Part shown: piece after piece, positions 54,430-64,000 of the stretch
Numbering within the stretch: the stretch's first letter is position 1
Layout: each line of letters begins with the position of its first letter
Origin: Vicugna vicugna
Taxonomy: Eukaryota
DNA length: 64,000 nucleotides
Direction of reading: 5' to 3'
Assembly (NCBI GenBank): GCA_013265495.1
Contig: MU058463.1
Coordinates: forward strand, 3,579,037-3,643,036
Notes under the pieces: generated by a model
What the model saw: only the letters and a program-made list of their open reading frames with translations
Database searches by the model: none
Told to the model about the DNA's origin: nothing
Made by a program: the position numbers and the translations under genes

Positions 54430-56060
54430 CCTAACTTCTATCTCCAAGGGGTATAGAAAGAAGGTTTATGTCTGGAGAAATTGATGAACCCAAGGGAAGA
54501 CCTAGAGATACGGAAACTTGAGCAGGCAACCCATCCAATCACTGAGAAGTCCACTGGTCCAAGAGCTCCACCCACATAGAGTCTTAGATCAACTTCAGTG
54601 CCTCCTCTGCATATGAACAGACAACCAATGACGCTAGATACCTGGAATATTCCTTTTAAATAAAACCCTGAGACTAAAAGTAGAAGGAAAAAGAGAACCG
54701 AGTACAAAAACAACTTATTAAAAAAGTTTCCTCACTCTTGGCAAATGTAACTATTGAACTGTTATAGAAGAAACAAGATTTCATAAATAAGTTTGGAAGA
54801 TCAAGTTGCAGAAGTCTCCTGGAAGCAAAACACAGACAAAGATTAACAACAGGAAGAGGGATAAGAAAATTAAATGGTAACACCAGGTGGGCCTAATCTG
54901 ATTATTATTATAAGTTCTAAAACACAAAAGTGAAGAGAAAGTTTTTTTTTTTTTTTAAGGCACAAAATTTCCCAGAGTTGAAGGCAACCATCAGGTTCTA
55001 GAGTGAAAGAACCCAAAAGCATCCAGTACAATGAATGAACAGACATGCCCATACAAGGTGCCCATGAAGAACACTAGGGAAAAAGGAAAACTCAAGAAAA
55101 AGTTGTGAAAGATTTGATAACCAAATTACAGTGCACTTCAACAGCTAGAATATAATAAAAACTGGAATGAAACAGAACAACACCCTCAAACATGAAGAAA
55201 AATAGCTGACTTAGACTTTTATACCCAGCCCAACCATGAATCTTTTATGAGGATAGAATAAAGGCATTTTCAAATATGGAGAATTTCAAGGTGTACATCT
55301 CTGCATGCCCCCTCTCAGAAAGCTACCGAGGCTGTGCCCCACCTTTAAGAATAAATGAAACACAAAGACACAGGATTTAAGAAATAGGAGATCTGATACT
55401 AGGGGAAAAAATCTGAGGAATTCCCATGACAACAGCACTGGGCATCCAGCCTAAAGAGCAGACAGTAAAGACTGGAGCAATGAGATTAAGGGTTCCAGAA
55501 GGGATGGCACTACAAAATAAGTTTTTAAAAACAGATTTAAGAGATCATCAAATATGTCTGACCTGACAGAGGAATGTATGGCTCCAGTAGAGTGTTTGGA
55601 GAAGTAATTAGTAATAAGGGACTGAAGATGGTAAAGGGGGAAAAGAGAGGCCATTATTAACTCCTAGAGGAACAAAAGGACAGAGAAAATAAATGTAACA
55701 TAGTTAACAGGGCTCAGCTAATAACAGTGATAATTGTAACACAGGTATTAAATATGATTTCACAGAAACACTATGAAAAAATCAGTATTTGAAAGGAAAG
55801 AAGAGATGGTGGCCAGAGGAGGAAGGGAAGAGAGCTTGGTCTTCATCTTCCAAAACAAGTCCACAGATGTTTAAGATCATGGGGTATAAAGACCATTCAG
55901 AAATAGAGAATAAAAGAAACAGCTAAAGGAGTGTAAAGCGATGTCCATGTGGCGGGCTCCAAGGTAGGAAGAATTGAGACTGTTGCTTCTGTAATAAGTC
56001 TTGGCATAGAAGACTGTTTGAACTATGTACATCCTATTTATTGTATTACTTTGATATAAC
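54430..56060 (+). mobile_element. HAL1-like remnant
   Basis: Contains aaaatttcccagagttgaag...ttttatacccagcc...atagaataaaggcattttcaaatatg, and the 3' end aactatgtacat...gtattactttgata. Confidence 0.5.
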
Positions 56061-59000
56061 TTCAGAAGCACTATACAAATATATGGCATTAAGACAGAAG
56101 GGATCATTTTTACAGTCAGTCTCCAAACAATGTTTGGAGGATAGTTTTGAGCCTACTATTTCTATGGCTAGGCCTCGAACTGGATTTAAAAAAAGAAAGA
56201 GGGCAGTCAGTTATGGTGACCATGAAGCTCCAAACTCCCTAAATGTAACTTATCTCCAAAATTAGATAAGCAAGGTAAAAACTTGTGTTTCTCCGAAATG
56301 GTTCTCATCTTCTAAAAAGTCATGAAAGTCACCTTATTCACTGTCATTACAACGCCAGCAACATTTACACTTTCCTATCTTGCCATCGTTAGTACAACAT
56401 AGCTCCTATTGACTTACAAACTACTCTCCCAACTTCTACAGCTTCACTGCTGGCATACTGGCATCTGGCAAGAACATCTGAAAAGCCTTAGTCTAGAACT
56501 TGAGGAGCCTTCAAATACTGTAAAAGTTATTTAAAATGTCACACACTAATTTTAACTTTTTAAAACTTCCAAAATTATGTGACTAAAAACTATGATTATT
56601 TTCATAGAATCTTGACTTTTCCATGCATCTCATTTTCTAGACCCCTGACTGAGTAGACGCACTAACACTGGGAGGTCAGAAATAATACAAAACCCACCAT
56701 AATTAACCCTGAATGCTTCAAATGAAGAATTACAAAATGTCTAGAAACAGTCTTGGTTATTTTTTCAACATTTGGTTCTAAAGTCATCCTTTTGCAGATA
56801 ATACAATAAATGGTACGGCAAAAATAGTTACACATGTGTCATAGACTCATCACTGAAAAGCTATGTGCCCATTTTCAGACAAGTCCTTTCAAGAGGCTTC
56901 AATCACCAAAAGTTTTATTTTAAGTAAAGATAAAACACCAGCACTGATAAGCACAATCAGTTCATCTTTAGTCAGCTTCAAGAGCATAGATTCACTAGCA
57001 CCTGCTGGTGGGTCAAACCAGTCAGCCGCTGCGGAAAGAACATACCCACCGAGCTACTTAAAAGGATACATTAAGTCTAAATTTTAGTTATTGAACGGGT
57101 CCTACAGCACATTCTCCCACAGCCACCGCCCCACATTTACATCTTAAATCTATTTCAATGTCTCACTGCAGTGTTTTAAAGTTACTCATTTTAAAACACA
57201 CATCAGCACATACTTCAGTCAACTCCACTAGCTCCTGGAAAAACACCATGCATTTTCAATTACCATTGTCAGAAAGTGAAGCACCCTCTGGTCTTTTCAC
57301 TGAGAATCAATTATGAAAAAAAAAAAAAAACATTCAGGTGGTCTAATTTAGCTGTGCCATATGTACAGTACAAGGTGTTCAACAGCTTTGATGAAGAATT
57401 GGCAATGATTTTAGCCAGCTGTCCAGGGTCTTGGTGTTACACGTGGAAGATGAATATCTCATTCATTAAATTTTCCTTAATTTGTATATACCACCATTTC
57501 CCCCTTGTATAATCAAGAACTTTTCTCCTGTTCTTTCCAGTTAGGCAAGTTAAAAATCACTGCCACATCCCTTTCACTTAAGTCTCAATATTCTGCTAAT
57601 TGCCGCTCCACTAAATTAAATGCCTCCTTATATGGCTGTATTTTGTGTCAGCTGGCATATTTTAATCTTGGCATTTTCTGAATACATACTTGTCTTCCTG
57701 GTTGAGGTGTGCAGGTCCTGACTTCCCCCACGCTACACTATCTTCAGGGAGCTGGGCGCTTCCACCTGTTTTCTTCAAGTCCATTTTGCTTTCAAACATT
57801 ACAAATAGAAGTTATTCCAAACTTAGCCATAATGCACAAATGCATTTACTATTTCGATCCAGGACATATACACATAAAAACTGAAAAAAGTTTAACCAAG
57901 ACAAGTTTGTACTATAAGACACAATGCACTCTGATTCTGATTTTTATCCTACTGCACTGCATTAAAAAGATAATCCTGGTCAGTCCACTAAACTGACTAT
58001 ATAACCCACTGATGGGTCATAACCACGCTTGGGGGGAAAGTATTAGTGCTGCAAACACTTCTGAATCCATATAAGTAATCTGAATTTTAGTCAGTTCTTT
58101 CAGGAAATAACTGGAGGAGATCCTTTGCTCCTTGGAGCTTCAGTCCCTTCACACAGAAAAAAAGAGACTGAAACAGGTCACAGAAAGGTCTCGCATGCAG
58201 GTAATGATTTACTGCTCCCACTGCCACTGCATACCAATCTGATTCCCTCTCCTTGTTCCCCGGTACTTCTCAGCCCACTGCTCCTCAGCCTGGTGACACA
58301 GGGACAGAGACCTTTAAAAACATCCTTCTGTACAGACTGGCAAGTCATCAGTCACACCATGTCCCGTGTATGCATCAAGACTTCAGGCTTTTTTAGCTTT
58401 TAACTCGGTGCTGATAGTCAGTTTCTCCCCTCTACTTTCTAGTCTATGGTCTCCTGGAGAGCTAAACTGCCAAATTAGCAGTAAGACAATTGAAGAATCA
58501 CTATAGCAGGATGTGATGTTTACTATGGCATTATGATAACTGGACTTGAGAATTAAGGCTCTGAAGCCACAATCAACTTTAATTTCCTAGATATTTAATT
58601 CTAGCAGCACTGTGCTAAGATAACCAGACTGTATTAAGGCAAAATTAAATACTTTAAATTCAACGAAGATAAATATTTGAAGAAGTAAGGCAACTATTTT
58701 GTTTCACACTTCATTCTTCTTACAAAGTTTTTTCATTTTTTAATACACAGGAGATAGTTATAGGATAAAAATAGGATAAATAATTGTTCATTAACTAATA
58801 AACTATCAAGCAAATATTATAGTAGTCACTGTTTTCTTTCTACATGTAATTTTCGAGCCAAGTGTTGTCCAGATTGCAATTGAAGGTGAAGAGTTATATG
58901 CTAGACCTTATTAGAAAAAACAGACTTACATGAAAGAACTTTTAAAATGTTTGGTGATTAACCTACATTTGTGAACTTTATTTCCTAAAGATATGACATA

Positions 59001-61678
59001 TTAGCAGGAAATTAATACTCTAAATTATCAATTATCAATTTTACTTAACCCATTATGAGGAAATGATTGAAGTTTCTGAAAACTTGTAGGTGATACTTTT
59101 AATAGTAATTGGTCTTTAATACTGTTACTTTAACAATGCTACAATTGTTACAGTTAGACAAAGATGTCCAAGATATGTTCAATGCAAGGGAAGTGTAAAA
59201 AAACTGATGTGTATATATTTGCCTACCGATTTGTATAACTATGCTTCTACCTTGAAGCAACTACAGAAGGTTAACAGGATTAACTCTGAGTCAGTAGTAA
59301 ACTGAGGTCAAGAGGAAAGACTTTTTTGACTTTTCGTTCACTTCTGTGTTTTATCTTTTCAATGAAAATATAAAGCTTATTCTAAAATATTTTTTTAAAT
59401 AATCAGGCACATAGCTATCCACTACAGTTGTTTCTCAACAGGGAAATAAGACTAAGTTGCCTTCCTGCAAACATATTAGGGAATCCAAATGAAAAGCACT
59501 CCATCTGTGAGACCACAGGGCAGAGCCACGTGGTTGCAGTGATGAAGGAACACCACAGGGTGCTGCAAGCATTAACAAGTGGGTTAAGCTTTCAAAATTA
59601 AACTCTGGCGACTGTTCATCAATAGGCCAAATACTACAATACAAAAGTACTGTAATGGACAAAAATGCTCTGAAAGTTTACTATAATATCAGTTGACCTT
59701 AAAATATATATATATTTAAGTCCATCCTGCTAAGATTAACGATCCATCCCTGTTTTTCCACCTGGGATTCTAACCCTGGGTTTGTTTTGAAGAAGATTCT
59801 ATAAACAGAGTACCATTTGTCTGAAGAAACATTTATGAAGTGTCATGGCATTTATTTATTCATTCACCTGTATACTTGACGAGTGAAATTAGTACAACCT
59901 GTTACAATTCAGATTCTGCTTCAAACCATCTGAAGTGCTAACAGGCTAATAGTAGGTGATTGTATTTTAATGCTGTTTTGACAAAAAATAACTACAAAAG
60001 GAAAGCCTAAATATCAAAATACTAGCAATAGCTAGATGATAACTAAATATGGTAACAGTCCATTCAATGGAAGAAAATATTACAATTCTATTAGCTATGT
60101 ATGTACTAGCACCGACCTAATACACTTATAAAATAGTAAGTGTAGCATAGTCAATTTTAAAATGTTAATTTTTTAAAGCACAGGATTGATCTCCATCAAA
60201 AACACAGCAAGTTTCCTTCTATTATTTAAATACATTATCTCCAGAAAAGGCCAAGCAGGGCCTACATTAACCTAAAATAATCTGAAAGTGGTATAAGGGA
60301 TTATGTTATTAGTAGCAACCTAAGAACCATCTTGAGAGCATTTGCCGGTACCATATTCAGGGCTGAATCTGAGATTACCATACAGCCTGGGCTTTACAAA
60401 AATAAAAAGTATAGCTTCTAAAGAATGGCTTAAAGTTCCAGAAAGCGGTGACTTGTTTCAATTTTTACAACCTGAGCTACCGGCACAGTTGCCGAAAAGT
60501 ATTTCGGAGGGAGAGGACTATGCCTTATTGTAGCTCCACACACTTTGAGTCTCAAAATCAAACTAATTAGTGTACTTCACAGACTTCTCAACACAGAAGA
60601 GTGCAAGGGAAAAGAACAACGCAGTCCCAGTGGGAAACCAGCCAGGTTCCCCATCTCCCATTCCCTCCTGTGCAATCATGCAATAGAGACACAAGGAAAG
60701 TGAGGGAAAACCCTGCTTTGGGAACAGGACGGGTCCTAAATAAGAGGACTGACGATTCAAAGAAAAAAGCAGGACAACTGTTTTTCATGCCACTGCGCTG
60801 CAGAAGTGAATGCTATTCATTCCCTTTGCTTCAACCTAAATTCCACCTAATCTGAAGCTTCTGCTTCACTTGAGCACATCACACCACCTCTAGCGACTGA
60901 GGAAAACATACAAACCAACCAAAAAAAGTCACGAAGTGACTACTACTCCATGAGAAAGTACTCTTAAAAATAAAGGAATTCGAACCCTCTCCCCCACAAG
61001 GTACTCACTGATGAAAAGTAGACTGAGCTAACCAGATTTCAACTGAATAAATGCTACCAGACTCAAGTTTTCTGATAACCAGCTTAAAGCTTCTAAAAAA
61101 TAAGTTTTTCTAATCTCATTTTTCTTCAATCAATTTAATTTTTAAAATTAAAACAAGTTCCTTGGTTCCTAGGTAACAGAGCGCCTTCAAGCTGCTCACA
61201 ATGTCCATTCTCCGAAAAGCCCTCATTTTTCACATGATTACTGATGGGAAAAACAGTGAGGTCACCACATTGGAAAAAGCAAGTTTGTCCCTAAGACGAG
61301 AAGCTAGCAAAGAAGATGCAGCGAATGAGGACATACGTCTGCACAATTCAAACAGCGAGAACGAATCTCTTACGGAGAGACTCATCGCTGGGCGGCTTGG
61401 GGTGCTACGGGAGGAGGGCCAGCACGCAAATCCTGTCCAGCCCTGGTTTGGGAGAAAAGAACAGTAACAGCCGCAGACAGACGTCAACTGCTACCCATCC
61501 CCCGTCACTCCCAAAAAAGACAGAAAAAGAGCAGGTTTGAGTAACAAAAAGACAAGACAGCATGATTTTGCAGTTAATGTTCACGAGGAGCTCGGGACCC
61601 AATAATGAGCAAAGAGCACACAACACAAGGAGATGGAGGGGACCAGTCCATCCCCACATGGGTCAGCCTGAGCTATTA

Positions 61679-62601
<923 letters not shown>

Positions 62602-64000
62602 CTACAGCTCCTTCCCTGCCGCCCCGGCTCCTCGGGACGACTATGCTGGGGCTGAGGCCGAGACGGCTGTTCGCATCAGCACCGGGGCCCAGCCTCCGGC
62701 CGAGGCAGCCGCCGCCGAGCTGCTCTGCACATGCTCAGAGCGTCCCTCCAGTCCCCTGGGCGCCGCGGCGGCTCCAGGTTTTAGCCTCGGCCTCCGGGCG
62801 GGGCGGGGCGCAGGCGCCGGGTGGGCGGGGCCGGGCGGAGGACCGGCCCGTGGGCGAGGCGCTCCCGAGGGGCGGGGCCAGGAGCGCGGGCTGGGGTCCG
62901 GCGGCCACGGCCCCCGCCCTCGCTACCCAATCCCGGGTGCCTGATTGGACCTGGCCTGAACTTTCCCGCCCCGGGCACTTCCTCCCGCGGCTGCGGAGGG
63001 AGAGAACTGCATCGACCGCCAAGTAGGCAGCTGGGGTTCCAAAAAAGCGGCGGCAGGTGCCTGCCCTGGAGGCAGTGCCCTGGTCCCCGCCAGTTTGCTA
63101 CCTTCCCAGGGCACTTGTGCTTAACAACATCATCTGCTAGCCACTTAGCTAATGAAACGTATAGAAAACCAAAAGGCCGGAGAACATTATCTTAAGGACC
63201 AAAAAGTTAAGGCTTTGAGAGGATGCTATTAATCCCCTAATTGGTAATATAGAAACAAAATGGTAGGAGAGAGGAGGCTGAGGAGAAAGACGATCTCCTT
63301 GATAAGAGAGGGAGTGGTCAGCTGCTAAAGTGCCAAATGTTCACTTAAGTTTGTTCTGAAATCGTCATATTTGAACTATTCTGTTACCGTCAATGTTTGC
63401 CACAGTAAAATGAGAGCATTTTGTACTATATATATTCATACATTCATTAAACAAAAGATCTTTGAACACCTAACTCTATGCCAGACACCATTCTAAGAGT
63501 TGGCCATGTAAGCAGAACAAAACAGGCAAAAATCATTAAAGGGAGAAACATGAGTAAAACTGAATAGTGCTCCATCTGTTAAATAATTTACAAGCTATTA
63601 GGTCAGACTTACTGGGGTGGGGGTGGGGAAGAAAAACAGAAAACTTCAGAACTCTTCTCCAATACCCATAATCTCACCTGCAAACCTGCAATTTTTTACA
63701 TCTTCTGGAAATCATTGGTAAATCAGCTTTAAGAGAGAGTGGAGGAGAGCTTTAAAGCAGAAGAATTGAACCAAGTTGTGTTCAATTAATATTGAGAGCA
63801 TTTCTGGATGTTTAACACAGAGAAAAGCCTGAGATTTTATTAAGAGAAAAATCCACACAGCTGATTCTCATCCTAGGATGATATACTGTCTAGTGAAGGT
63901 CCCTGCTGGGGGACTTTGCATACCACTCTTTGTGACAATGTGCCACATCCCTCTGGAAATGCTAGCACATTTTATCCATTGGTTTTAGATATGGCTCTGT

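Noticed and set aside
60927..60941. Small palindrome agtcac-gaa-gtgact
   Set aside because: Six-bp arms arise often by chance, and there is no supporting context.

Overview
Mammalian genomic DNA, probably camelid: two short tRNA-derived SINEs resemble the camelid Vic-1 family (recognised from memory, not searched). The window holds the complete SLAIN1 gene (SLAIN motif family member 1, a microtubule plus-end adaptor) on the minus strand. It has a CpG-island promoter at ~61.7-63.1 kb, seven canonical coding exons with phase-consistent GT-AG junctions (62529 down to the stop at 14070) and a ~1 kb 3'UTR ending near 13.06 kb. An extra in-frame 150-nt cassette exon (27569-27718) resembles a segment of the paralogue SLAIN2. 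A 78-N assembly gap in exon 1 creates an apparent frameshift that disappears if the flanks are joined through a 5-nt overlap (giving 583 aa, or 633 aa with the cassette exon). Downstream of the gene, a young 5'-truncated LINE-1 with an unbroken 1147-codon ORF2 frame and a 15-bp target-site duplication sits inside ORF1 of an older, internally deleted L1. The rest is ordinary ancient repeat content (L1M, HAL1-like, L2, MIR, MaLR/ERVL LTRs, hAT elements); repeat boundaries are approximate and subfamily names are recalled, not searched. I found no convincing novel multi-gene system. The best leads are the cassette exon, a candidate internal promoter near 29.6-30.2 kb, three miR-130/301 seed sites in the 3'UTR, inverted MER58 copies around exon 2, and local GC-shifted repeat copies.
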